This document shows, piece after piece, positions 1 through 11,632 of a stretch of DNA of 32,000 nucleotides. Below the pieces are notes generated by a model. That model was not told where the DNA came from, ran no database searches, and saw only the letters and a program-made list of their open reading frames with translations. Numbering within the stretch: position 1 is the stretch's first letter; the number at the start of each line of letters is the position of its first letter. Source of the DNA: Pseudidiomarina andamanensis (lineage in GTDB: Bacteria > Pseudomonadota > Gammaproteobacteria > Enterobacterales > Alteromonadaceae); contig NZ_CP032551.1 in NCBI RefSeq assembly GCF_009734345.1, positions 1,440,001 through 1,472,000 on the forward strand. Reading direction: 5' to 3'. Position numbers and translations under genes: made by a program.

Positions 1-190
1 GTTCTCCGGGTTCGCTTCCTTAGGCTATGTATTCACCTAAGGATACTGAGCAAGCTCAGTGGGTTTCCCCATTCGGAAATCCATGACTATAACGGCTCTT
101 ACTGCCTCATCATGGCTTATCGCAAGTTAGTACGTCCTTCATCGCCTCCAACTGCCTAGGCATCCACCGTCTACGCTTAGTCACTTAACC
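1..190 (-). rRNA. rrl: 23S rRNA, 5' end only (gene continues past the window start)
   Basis: The reverse complement ending at 190 reads GGTTAAGTGACTAAGCGTAGACGGTGGATGCC..GATGAAGGACGT..TTTCCGAATGGGGAAACC, the canonical bacterial 23S 5' terminus. Confidence 0.9.
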
Positions 191-323
191 ATACAACCCG
201 AAAATGTTTATTCGAATCGCATGGGCTGTTCTCTATGCTGTACACAAGTTCGATACGCCTCTACCAAAATGGTGTTTCAAGTAGAGTGGCATTTCATTAC
301 TTTATTACAATCAGCTTGTTCAT

Positions 324-337
324 ATTGTTAAAGAGCG
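324..337 (-). promoter_or_regulatory. boxA antitermination element in the 16S-23S spacer
   Basis: The minus strand reads CGCTCTTTAACAAT, matching the rrn boxA consensus TGCTCTTTAACAA. It lies upstream of 23S, as in enterobacterial rrn spacers. Confidence 0.7.
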
Positions 338-460
338 TCGTAACATCAGGTTACTGATAACTATTCTCGTAAGAATGTTTATCGCTAACCTTGGATAGAA
401 ATCGTTATTCGTGATTGGTTATTCGTTATTCGAAAAACCAAAACCAAGCCAGAAACTTGC

Positions 461-539
461 TTCAATGTTAGGCAAGGCGGGAAGCCGCGAAGCATACATT
501 AGTATGTGAGTGCCTTTCCAACGCAGCATAACGTTGAAG
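461..539 (-). repeat. About 80-nt structured spacer module, copy B, directly abutting the 3' CCA of tRNA-Ala
   Basis: Near-identical to 699..778 (core GGCAAGGCGGGAAG..GAAGCATACAT.AGTATGTGAGTG.CTTTCCAACGCAGCATAAC). The ends CTTCAATGTTA / TAACGTTGAAG are inverted repeats. Confidence 0.8.
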
Positions 540-615
540 TGGTGGAGCCAAGCGGGATCGAACCGCTGACCTCCTGCGTGCAAGGCAGGCGCTCTCCCAG
601 CTGAGCTATGGCCCC
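540..615 (-). tRNA. tRNA-Ala (anticodon UGC), 76 nt with encoded CCA
   Basis: The reverse complement GGGGCCATAGCTCAGCTGGGAGAGCGCCTGCCTTGCACGCAGGAGGTCAGCGGTTCGATCCCGCTTGGCTCCACCA folds as a cloverleaf (7/4/5/5 stems). The G3:U70 Ala identity pair is present. Confidence 0.97.
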
Positions 616-698
616 GTTTCGTTGTTCGTTATTGGTTATTCGTTGTTCGTCAAACAACAACCAAACCAAACCAAACACAACAAACCGATAAGACTAAC

Positions 699-778
699 TT
701 CAAGGTTAGGCAAGGCGGGAAGGCACGAAGCATACATCAGTATGTGAGTGGCTTTCCAACGCAGCATAACCGCAGAAG
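699..778 (-). repeat. About 80-nt structured spacer module, copy A, directly abutting the 3' CCA of tRNA-Ile
   Basis: Paralogous to 461..539 with a handful of substitutions. An internal CATAC-N4-GTATG hairpin is conserved in both copies. Confidence 0.8.
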
Positions 779-855
<77 letters not shown>

Positions 856-925
856 AGTTTCTATCCGTTACTTCTACCAAACCAGGCAATCTGTGTGAGC
901 ACTTATCTTCTTCAAGGCTTTTTCA

Positions 926-2469
<1,544 letters not shown>

Positions 2470-2630
2470 AAAGTGTTTAATCGACCCATTGAATCAATGA
2501 CTTAATAAATCTTAATTTGTTAAGCACTTTTCCAATCAGTCAGGTGTATCCGAAGATACTTTTTTGCATCCGAAGATGCTTTCTCTGCCTGAATCCGGTA
2601 AGTGCCCACACAGTTTGCTTGGCTTGGTAT

Positions 2631-2644
2631 ATTGTTAAAGAACG
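2631..2644 (-). promoter_or_regulatory. boxA antitermination element in the rrn leader
   Basis: The minus strand reads CGTTCTTTAACAAT, about 25 nt downstream of the proximal promoter. Confidence 0.65.
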
Positions 2645-2670
2645 TTTCGCTGCGTTGAGCGAGGCTGCGC

Positions 2671-2698
2671 ATTCTACAGCCTTGGCGTTTTGTGTCAA
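2671..2698 (-). promoter_or_regulatory. rrn promoter P2 (sigma70)
   Basis: The minus strand reads TTGACA - 16 nt - TAGAAT followed by the GC-rich discriminator GCGCAGCC. An A/T-rich tract (AGAAAAAATTT) lies just upstream. Confidence 0.7.
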
Positions 2699-2774
2699 GC
2701 CTTTCGGCGAAATTTTTTCTGACTCAAAACATCTGCTTTTGGCGACTTCGTTGTCTGCCTCAAGCGTGGGGCGC

Positions 2775-2802
2775 ATTTTAGAGATTTAACTGGCCGCGTC
2801 AA
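2775..2802 (-). promoter_or_regulatory. rrn promoter P1 (sigma70)
   Basis: The minus strand reads TTGACG - 16 nt - TAAAAT followed by the discriminator GCGCCCC. It lies 104 bp upstream of P2, the classic tandem P1/P2 layout, with an A/T-rich UP-like tract upstream. Confidence 0.7.
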
Positions 2803-2864
2803 GCGCCTTTTTGACATTTTTATGTGTTTTTTTGCCAACTGCCGATTTTATGAACGAAGCGTAT

Positions 2865-2892
2865 AAAAAAAGCTCGCCGAAGCGAGCTTTTT
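2865..2892 (-). terminator. Rho-independent terminator downstream of the protease gene
   Basis: Stem AGCTCGC / GCGAGCT with a CGAA (TTCG on the minus strand) loop, flanked by A7 on one side and T5 on the other. On the minus strand the hairpin is followed by a T run, 20 nt after the stop codon. Confidence 0.8.
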
Positions 2893-2911
2893 AAAGAAAT
2901 AACAGCCTTAA

Positions 2912-4561
2912 TTATTTTTTCGGGCCACCTTTGCCAGGTGAGCCACCAGTGTCACCACCGGTATCGCCGCCCGTTGAACCACCACAGCCATTTGCTGTTA
3001 AGTAATCAACTGCAGCTTTCGCTTGGACAAGACCATGGCCATACATTGTATCGCGTCCTGCCGCACCCAAATCTTTAGCGGTGGCAGCTAGTGCGTTACG
3101 AATGTCATTGTTACTACAAGTTGTATGATGAGACCATACCAACGCAGCTACACCAGCAACGTGTGGCGTTGCCATTGAAGTACCATCGAAGAAGGCCCAG
3201 TCACTGTCAACTACGCCAACTGTTGTGCTCGCGCCAATTTGATTGACTAACGCAGCACCATCGGTATCACTAATACCTACTGCTGGGATGCTTGACTGAT
3301 AAGTACCTAGAGTACCTAATAGCATACCTGGCTCGTTATTATAGATAATAGCGCCAACACCACCGCCTGCTTCACAAGCTTGTACTTTTTCGGCAAACGA
3401 GATAACGCCGCGCTCAATTAAACATACTTTACCAGCAGCATCAGCACATGGTGCGTCTCCGATACCACAGTTTGATAAAGCACCGGTATTTTCAACGCGC
3501 GCAGTACCTTCCATACCCGTCGCTTCAACAGCACTACCAGCTACAGTTACAGTCACCTTCTCACCCATACCACGAGGCACAGAAGAAAGTACGCTGACAC
3601 CTGGACCAGCAAGTTCGACTTGGTCAGTTTGCTGTGAGAATGATGCGTGCTGCTCATTGGCATCAACCGCTGCAACAGAAACAACTGCATCATAAGAAGC
3701 AGGATATGAATGGCGGGTATTACCATCGTTACCAGCTGCAGCGATACTTAGAATGCCTGCTGCATTTAACTGAGCGAAAGCTTGCTCTTCACTGCGGTTA
3801 GCACGTGAACCACCTAAGCTCATGTTGATAACGTTTGCACCGTAATCAGCACACTGCTCAGCTGCAGCCATTAATGAAGATGAATATGCCCAGCCCGACG
3901 CTGAGAATACTTTCACAATGTGTAAGTTCACATTGCCGTTTGGCATCACGCCAACGACGCCTTCACCATTTGATAATGCGGCGATTGTACCAGCAACGTG
4001 TGTGCCGTGACCGTTTTCATCGGTATACCAAGTACCAGTACCAGCATCGTTAACACCGGTTACACCAGATGTTTGTAAATCTGGGTGACCCATGTCGTAA
4101 CCTGAGTCGATGATACATACTTTACGTGTACCTGCCGCAGCATCTGACACTAAATCAGCTTGGACCATCTCAATACCGTAAGGCTTGCCTGGCTCCCACT
4201 GAGTATTTTGTACGAAACGCTTTTCATCTGGAGTAACGCTGACAACGTTCGGGTTGTTCATTAGTCCGTGAATTGCAGAATGAGGTACTTGAAGCGCCAT
4301 AGCGTTAAAGCGATCGTAGCGATACAGTACCTTGTTGTCGGAACCGCCACCACCATCATTATCGTCAGGTGGATCTAGTAAACCGTCGTCGTCAAGATGC
4401 AGGAACGCTTCAATCAGATGTTGTGACCCAGGCTTGAATTCAACAATAACCCGTTCTTTTTCATTATTGGCATGAGCTGGCCCATGGGCGTGTACAGCTG
4501 TGCTGATAGCAAGCGACAACGCCGCTAAAACTAGCGCACTATTTTTAGTGGTGTTCGACAT
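2912..4561 (-). CDS. Secreted subtilisin-like serine protease (peptidase S8) with an inserted PA domain, 549 aa
   Basis: N-terminal signal peptide (..ALSLAISTAVHA). Catalytic triad motifs VCIIDSGYD, HGTHVAGT and GTSMATPHVAG. The protease-associated insert contains KVCLIERGVISFAEKV..GGVGAIIYNN. Confidence 0.9.
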   Translation of the reverse strand: MSNTTKNSALVLAALSLAISTAVHAHGPAHANNEKERVIVEFKPGSQHLIEAFLHLDDDGLLDPPDDNDGGGGSDNKVLYRYDRFNAMALQVPHSAIHGLMNNPNVVSVTPDEKRFVQNTQWEPGKPYGIEMVQADLVSDAAAGTRKVCIIDSGYDMGHPDLQTSGVTGVNDAGTGTWYTDENGHGTHVAGTIAALSNGEGVVGVMPNGNVNLHIVKVFSASGWAYSSSLMAAAEQCADYGANVINMSLGGSRANRSEEQAFAQLNAAGILSIAAAGNDGNTRHSYPASYDAVVSVAAVDANEQHASFSQQTDQVELAGPGVSVLSSVPRGMGEKVTVTVAGSAVEATGMEGTARVENTGALSNCGIGDAPCADAAGKVCLIERGVISFAEKVQACEAGGGVGAIIYNNEPGMLLGTLGTYQSSIPAVGISDTDGAALVNQIGASTTVGVVDSDWAFFDGTSMATPHVAGVAALVWSHHTTCSNNDIRNALAATAKDLGAAGRDTMYGHGLVQAKAAVDYLTANGCGGSTGGDTGGDTGGSPGKGGPKK

Positions 4562-4714
4562 GGATTTGACCCTTTTTTATTATACTTTCTAATGTGTTGT
4601 TCATTTGCGGCTGGTTATTTTTTATCGCCACAGTGGGTCATAATGTAGCATTTTGATCGTATGCGCAATGTCATACTGTGAATAATTTGTAAAGTTGCTT
4701 GATTATAACTTCGG

Positions 4715-4742
4715 TGGACATTTTAAGTTCTATCGTTACAAT
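4715..4742 (+). promoter_or_regulatory. Candidate sigma70 promoter for trmA
   Basis: TGGACA - 16 nt - TACAAT, about 45 nt upstream of the ATG at 4786. Motif match only. Confidence 0.3.
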
Positions 4743-4785
4743 TCGCGCTCGTCCGCATATAGAAGACACGCACTTAGGGAATTTT

Positions 4786-5886
4786 ATGACGCATCTAGCA
4801 ATCGATTCTGACAACTACCAGGCGCAACTTTCAGAGAAAGAGCAACTCCTGAAGTCGATGCTTGCACCTTTTTCAGTGTCAAATATTGATGTCTATGCGT
4901 CGCCAACGACTCACTATCGGATGCGTGCAGAGTTTCGGGTTTGGCATGATGGTGATGATTTGTTCTACATTATGTTTAATCCAGAGACACGAGAGAAAAT
5001 ACGTGTCGATGTATTCCCTGTCGCCAACCAACTTATCAACGAATTGATGCCAGCAATACTCGACTATGTGCGCGAGCGTCCAACTTTGCGACAAAAGCTT
5101 TTTCAAGTTGAATTTCTGACAACCACCACCAACGAAGCGCTGATATCTCTCATTTATCATCGGCAACTCGATGAAAGTTGGCAGCACGAAGCTCGTGAAT
5201 TGAAAAAAAATCTGAGTAAATTTGGAAAGATCGAAATTGTCGGGCGAGCCAAAAAGCAAAAAATATGTTTGGACCAAGACTGGGTTTTAGAAACCTTAGT
5301 CATTGACGACAAACCATATCGCTTCCAGCAGGTTGAAAATAGCTTTACTCAGCCAAATGCGGCAGTAAATCAGCACATGGTCAGTTGGGCACTAAATGCA
5401 ACCAAAGATAGCGAAGGCGATTTATTAGAGCTCTACTGTGGTAACGGAAATTTCAGTCTTCCATTGGCTCAGAATTTTAATCGCGTTCTTGCAACTGAAA
5501 TTAGTAAAACGTCGGTTAATTCGGCGCGCTATAACTGTGAGGTGAATAATATAAACAACGTTACTATTGTACGTATGTCCGCCGAAGACTTTAGTGCAGT
5601 AATGGCAGGTGAAAAGGAATCTCGGCGTGCGAATGAAGCAGAACTGGAGCAATTTGACTGTCGCACGGTACTGGTAGATCCGCCGCGGGCTGGTCTAGAT
5701 GCCGATACCGTTGAACTCGTAAGAAACTACGATTCGATTGTTTATATCTCGTGTAACCCAGAAACGTTAGTCGAAAACTTAAAGTCGCTTCAAAGCTCTC
5801 ATGAAGTTTCTCGCGCCGCGTTTTTTGATCAGTTCCCATATACACACCACATGGAAGCTGGTGTATTACTCAAAAAAAAGCGTTGA
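4786..5886 (+). CDS. trmA: tRNA (uracil54-C5)-methyltransferase TrmA, 366 aa
   Basis: Co-linear with remembered E. coli TrmA from MT..YQAQLSEKEQ through the C-terminal FDQFPYTHHME.GVLL. SAM-binding LLELYCGNGNFSLPLA and the nucleophile region ISCNPETL are present. The start was moved to the internal ATG at 4786, which gives the canonical 366-aa length. Confidence 0.9.
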   Translation: MTHLAIDSDNYQAQLSEKEQLLKSMLAPFSVSNIDVYASPTTHYRMRAEFRVWHDGDDLFYIMFNPETREKIRVDVFPVANQLINELMPAILDYVRERPTLRQKLFQVEFLTTTTNEALISLIYHRQLDESWQHEARELKKNLSKFGKIEIVGRAKKQKICLDQDWVLETLVIDDKPYRFQQVENSFTQPNAAVNQHMVSWALNATKDSEGDLLELYCGNGNFSLPLAQNFNRVLATEISKTSVNSARYNCEVNNINNVTIVRMSAEDFSAVMAGEKESRRANEAELEQFDCRTVLVDPPRAGLDADTVELVRNYDSIVYISCNPETLVENLKSLQSSHEVSRAAFFDQFPYTHHMEAGVLLKKKR

Positions 5887-5892
5887 GAAAAA

Positions 5893-6270
5893 TTAGGCGG
5901 TAGTAAGGAAGTCGGTTGAGCGAACCAAGCGCAAATTCACCCAGTGAGCAGCGACGATCAGGCTAGCGCCCAGAAGGATAATGATCGGTTCGCCCATTTC
6001 ACCAAGACTATCTTTATGCCAGTAAATGAAACCGCCAGCTATTAATAATATTAACGGATAAAATCGTGCATGTTTACGAATACCGCTAATTAGCGCAACT
6101 AAACCAAGTGCAATGCTGGTTCCTAAAATAACTCGCTCGAGCAATTCTTCACCAATAAATGACAAACCTATCAGTGATAGCATTGGCAGAATGACAGGCA
6201 GCAACAAGCAGTGCAACGCACACAACGTGGTGACCCACATACCTGTTTTGTCTAATGAACGCTGTGTCAT
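5893..6270 (-). CDS. MerC-domain small inner-membrane protein, 125 aa
   Basis: Four predicted TM helices and the CALHCLLLPV motif typical of orphan MerC-family proteins. No other mer genes are nearby. Confidence 0.55.
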   Translation of the reverse strand: MTQRSLDKTGMWVTTLCALHCLLLPVILPMLSLIGLSFIGEELLERVILGTSIALGLVALISGIRKHARFYPLILLIAGGFIYWHKDSLGEMGEPIIILLGASLIVAAHWVNLRLVRSTDFLTTA

Positions 6271-6336
6271 TTCTTCGCCTACTTTTAGTCAAACCTACAA
6301 CTCAGTTAAGAGTGTTATAGTATAACATTACCGGTT

Positions 6337-7308
6337 TTAAGCGCAAGAGATGGGGAAAGGTAAAACTTGACGAATATCAGAAATACCGGTGACGAGCATT
6401 AACAAACGATCGAAACCGAGTGCCACCCCTGAACAATTCGGCATGCCTGCATCAAGCGCCTTTAATAAGCGAAAATCAGCTGGTTTTGTTTCTTTTCCGA
6501 ATTGCTTTCTGAGATGGTTATCTTGATCAAACCTAAGTTGCTGGTGCTGTGCATGCGTTAACTCCTGATAGCCATTCGCTAATTCGATACCACCCACGTA
6601 CACTTCGAAGCGCAGAGCCATACGTTCATCTTCTGTATCGAGTTGCGCTAACGCCGCTTGGCTGGCCGGAAAACGCTCGACAACGGTAATAGCTGACTTA
6701 TTCAATTGCGGTTCGATTACCAACGACATGGCAAGTTGGAGCAACGTATCCTTATCTGTTTCACGTTTGACTAAATCAGCAATGCGTTCATCTTTAATGA
6801 GACAGTTTTGGAGTTCTTCGACGGAAGCGTTTAACGGATCTAGATTCAAGTGTTTTAGAAACAAGGCGTTGTAGGTGGTTTGATGAACCTCTCGTGCACC
6901 GAGGACATCGCGGAGTAAGGTCACAACTTCATCGATTAAGTCTTGCATGGTGAAGTTAATGCGATACCACTCCAACATGGTGAACTCTGGATTGTGGAAA
7001 CGTCCTACTTCGTCATCACGAAACACTTTACCGAGTTGATAAATGGATTGGCCATGTGCAGCAAGCAATCGCTTCATTGCATATTCAGGCGACGTCTGTA
7101 ACTGAAAACGCTGGTGAGGAAAACAACTGATCGTGGTCTCGAGATTTTCAAGATGTAAATCGGTTACGCCGAATCGACCGAGTATTGGTGTATCGACTTC
7201 AAGCACATCTCGTTGCTGGAAAAAATTACGAATGGTTTGAAACAATGCAGCTCGCTGTCGCAAAACATCAAGCGAAGCGCTTGGTTGCCAATGATCAGTG
7301 AGCTGCAT
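6337..7308 (-). CDS. epmA: Elongation factor P--(R)-beta-lysine ligase EpmA (PoxA/GenX), 323 aa
   Basis: Truncated class II LysRS-like protein. WQPSAS, SPEYAMKRLLA, FRDDEVGRFHNPEFTMLEWY, ERFEVYVGGIELANG and CSGVALGFDRL are co-linear with E. coli EpmA. Confidence 0.9.
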   Translation of the reverse strand: MQLTDHWQPSASLDVLRQRAALFQTIRNFFQQRDVLEVDTPILGRFGVTDLHLENLETTISCFPHQRFQLQTSPEYAMKRLLAAHGQSIYQLGKVFRDDEVGRFHNPEFTMLEWYRINFTMQDLIDEVVTLLRDVLGAREVHQTTYNALFLKHLNLDPLNASVEELQNCLIKDERIADLVKRETDKDTLLQLAMSLVIEPQLNKSAITVVERFPASQAALAQLDTEDERMALRFEVYVGGIELANGYQELTHAQHQQLRFDQDNHLRKQFGKETKPADFRLLKALDAGMPNCSGVALGFDRLLMLVTGISDIRQVLPFPISCA

Positions 7309-7322
7309 ATTTCAGTAACAAC

Positions 7323-7892
7323 TTATTTTTGAACGCGTGATACGTACTCGCCTGAGCGCGTGTCTACTTTTACCACTTCGCCAGTTTGGACGAAAAGCGG
7401 TACACGAACCACAGCGCCAGTGCTTAAGGTTGCTGGTTTACCACCAGTACCTGCAGTGTCACCTTTTAAGCCCGGATCAGTTTCAACAATTTCTAATTCA
7501 ACAAAGTTTGGTGGTGTTACCGCAATCGGGTTACCGTTCCACAATGTTAGTGTACAAGTATCTTGTTCCACCAACCACTTGGTTGAATCGCCAACCGCTT
7601 TCGCATCAGCAGCTAATTGCTCGAATGTTTCATTGTTCATGAAGTGCCAGAATTCACCATCGTTGTACAAATAGGCTAATTCCATATCAACAACGTCTGC
7701 ACCTTCAACCGATTCACCTGACTTGAAGGTTTTCTCAACCACTTTACCACTAATTAGTTTGCGGATTCTTACGCGGTTAAACGCTTGCCCTTTACCGGGT
7801 TTAACAACTTCATTTTCGATGATGTTACATGGCTCACCATCTTGCATGATTTTTAACCCAGCTTTGAATTCATTTGTGCTGTAATTCGCCAT
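7323..7892 (-). CDS. efp: Elongation factor P, 189 aa
   Basis: [30 protein letters not shown] (modified lysine loop KPGKG). An AGGAAG SD precedes the ATG at 7892. The ORF-track N-terminal extension was discarded. Confidence 0.95.
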   Translation of the reverse strand: MANYSTNEFKAGLKIMQDGEPCNIIENEVVKPGKGQAFNRVRIRKLISGKVVEKTFKSGESVEGADVVDMELAYLYNDGEFWHFMNNETFEQLAADAKAVGDSTKWLVEQDTCTLTLWNGNPIAVTPPNFVELEIVETDPGLKGDTAGTGGKPATLSTGAVVRVPLFVQTGEVVKVDTRSGEYVSRVQK

Positions 7893-8003
7893 AGCTTCCT
7901 CATATGCTTTCAAATTAAGCGATTTCGCGGGCAATAATAAACCATAACGCAGCAATTTTCAGGTAAAATAATTCGCGTCACGCAACAATTTTACAGGAAG
8001 CCT

Positions 8004-9002
8004 GTGTCGAGTTTGAATATCATCTCTGTCCGACCACAGTGGCAGCAAGAGTTAGCACAATCGATATCAGACCCAACCGAGTTGGGTGCCTTTTTACGTC
8101 TGCCTGAAAGCTGGACTGCGCAAAACCAAACCGCTCGGGAATTATTCCCGCTGCGCATTACGCGCTATTTTGCGAGCTTGATGAAACCCGGCGATATTCA
8201 CGACCCACTTTTGCTTCAAGTGATGCCTAATCAAGCTGAGTTTGAGCAAAAGGAAGGTTTTGTTGCCGATCCGTTAGAAGAACAAAGCGGTGACCACGCG
8301 GGCATTTTGCATAAATACAAATCGCGTGTCCTTGTTATTTTACGAGGTGGCTGTGCGATTAATTGCCGTTACTGCTTTCGGCGTCATTTCCCGTACCAAG
8401 ACCACCATTTCGGTCGCACTCAGTTGCAACAATTGGTTGAGCTCATTCAATCGGATGAAGCAATCAATGAAGTGATTTTGAGTGGCGGCGACCCACTGAT
8501 GGCGAATGACGACCAGCTGTTTAAGGTGATTACGGCACTCGAAGCATTGCCGCAACTTAAGCGGTTGCGCATTCATAGTCGTTTACCAGTCGTGCTACCG
8601 TCGCGTTTGACGGAAGAGCTCGCGAGGCGATTGCAGGTGAGTCGGTTACAAACCATTTTAGTCATTCACGCGAATCATCCGCACGAGGTTACAAATACAT
8701 TGAAAGGTGCTTTAGCGCGTTGGGCTCAACACGACATTACGCTATTGAATCAAAGTGTCTTATTAGCTGGCGTTAACGATTCAGCGGATACACTTGCCGA
8801 TTTAAGCGAAGCGCTTTTTGATGCGAAAGTTATTCCCTACTATTTACATCAACTCGACAAAGTTGCTGGTGCGAGTCATTTTGCGATAAGTGATGAGCGA
8901 GCTCGCGAACTTGAACAACAGCTGCGAGCTCGTTTACCTGGTTTTCTGGTACCTAAGTTAGTTCGTGAAATTGCCGGCGAAGCAAGCAAAACACCGCTTT
9001 AG
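8004..9002 (+). CDS. epmB: EF-P beta-lysylation protein EpmB (lysine 2,3-aminomutase-like radical SAM enzyme), 332 aa, GTG start
   Basis: Radical SAM motif CAINCRYCFRR preceded by HKYKSRVLVILRGG, and co-linear with E. coli EpmB/YjeK. Divergent from efp, as in E. coli. Confidence 0.88.
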   Translation: MSSLNIISVRPQWQQELAQSISDPTELGAFLRLPESWTAQNQTARELFPLRITRYFASLMKPGDIHDPLLLQVMPNQAEFEQKEGFVADPLEEQSGDHAGILHKYKSRVLVILRGGCAINCRYCFRRHFPYQDHHFGRTQLQQLVELIQSDEAINEVILSGGDPLMANDDQLFKVITALEALPQLKRLRIHSRLPVVLPSRLTEELARRLQVSRLQTILVIHANHPHEVTNTLKGALARWAQHDITLLNQSVLLAGVNDSADTLADLSEALFDAKVIPYYLHQLDKVAGASHFAISDERARELEQQLRARLPGFLVPKLVREIAGEASKTPL

Positions 9003-9025
9003 TTGTTGCCGGCAATGTATGCGAG

Positions 9026-9538
9026 TTAATCTGCAGCATCTGGGAACGTTTCACGAAACCAATCTTGCAGAAGCTCCTTTTCAAAATAGAGCGCATCACG
9101 ACTAGAGCCCATGACATTTCGAATGTTACGCGGTGGCGCCAGTGATTTTAACTCGACGTTTTCCGCTTCACTAAGGACGCTACCTTGCGCATCCGTATAT
9201 TTATATGAAATGACTAAATGCGGATACGAAATATCATCAAGAATACGTTGAAACGCGCTGCTGGTTGCCCCAAACGTTGGCTCAACTCGTCCCGCAAGGT
9301 CAACATCGTTGAAGGTAACCTGGAGTTTATTTTGTTCAGGTAGCTTTTGACCTAATGCCTCAACATATTCGGTAAAGTTTGCCTTGGTTCGCTCTTCAAA
9401 TCGGCTCTTCAACTCGTTCACAGCTTCAAAATCAGTAAATGACTTTACTTCACCCCACTTCACCGAAACCTCAGCCGCATTGGCTGCGCCAGCAAATAAT
9501 GTAGCAACAATTGCAAGATTCAATACGGACGTTTTCAT
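9026..9538 (-). CDS. DUF3016-family periplasmic protein, 170 aa
   Basis: Signal peptide MKTSVLNLAIVATLFAGAANA. Motifs VSVKW..FTDFE, VTFNDVDLAG and LLQDWF match my recollection of DUF3016. A GGAGG SD precedes the ATG at 9538. Confidence 0.55.
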   Translation of the reverse strand: MKTSVLNLAIVATLFAGAANAAEVSVKWGEVKSFTDFEAVNELKSRFEERTKANFTEYVEALGQKLPEQNKLQVTFNDVDLAGRVEPTFGATSSAFQRILDDISYPHLVISYKYTDAQGSVLSEAENVELKSLAPPRNIRNVMGSSRDALYFEKELLQDWFRETFPDAAD

Positions 9539-9630
9539 TCTTACCTCCATTTCGCACATGGATTCGTGTGCTTTAAATTCTGTGCTTACAGTAGTATAGA
9601 CGCTAGATCGCTGAGTTTCGTGACAGCCTT

Positions 9631-9662
9631 AAAACAAAAAAGGAAGCACCGAGGTGCTTCCT
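9631..9662 (-). terminator. Rho-independent terminator of groESL
   Basis: Stem GGAAGCAC / GTGCTTCC with a 4-nt loop, followed on the minus strand by TTTTTTGTTTT, about 30 nt after the groEL stop. Confidence 0.85.
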
Positions 9663-9690
9663 TTTCCATTTGCTCAACGAGCAGGTCGGC

Positions 9691-11632
<1,942 letters not shown>

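Noticed and set aside
398-698. Short GTTATTCG/GTTGTTCG and CCAAA/CAACAA reiterations, considered as a CRISPR array or microsatellite
   Set aside because: The units are irregular, 4-9 nt long, without spacers of constant size. They sit inside the transcribed rRNA spacer, where the two repeat types are complementary and form hairpins. This is reported instead as part of the duplicated spacer module.
2517-2789. ORFs of 90 aa (+) and 78 aa (-) in the region upstream of 16S
   Set aside because: The region is fully explained by the rrn P1/P2 promoters, boxA and leader hairpins. The translations are low-complexity, with no start context.
4699-4785. N-terminal extensions in the ORF track for seven genes: trmA (4699-4785), efp (7893-7955), the DUF3016 gene (9539-9559), purH (18692-18739), maoP (22921-23004), the small secreted protein (29136-29189) and arsJ (30827-30874)
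   Set aside because: In each case an internal ATG restores the canonical N-terminus and length of the family. Most of these ATGs are preceded by a better SD. The extensions run through promoters, terminators or the upstream gene.
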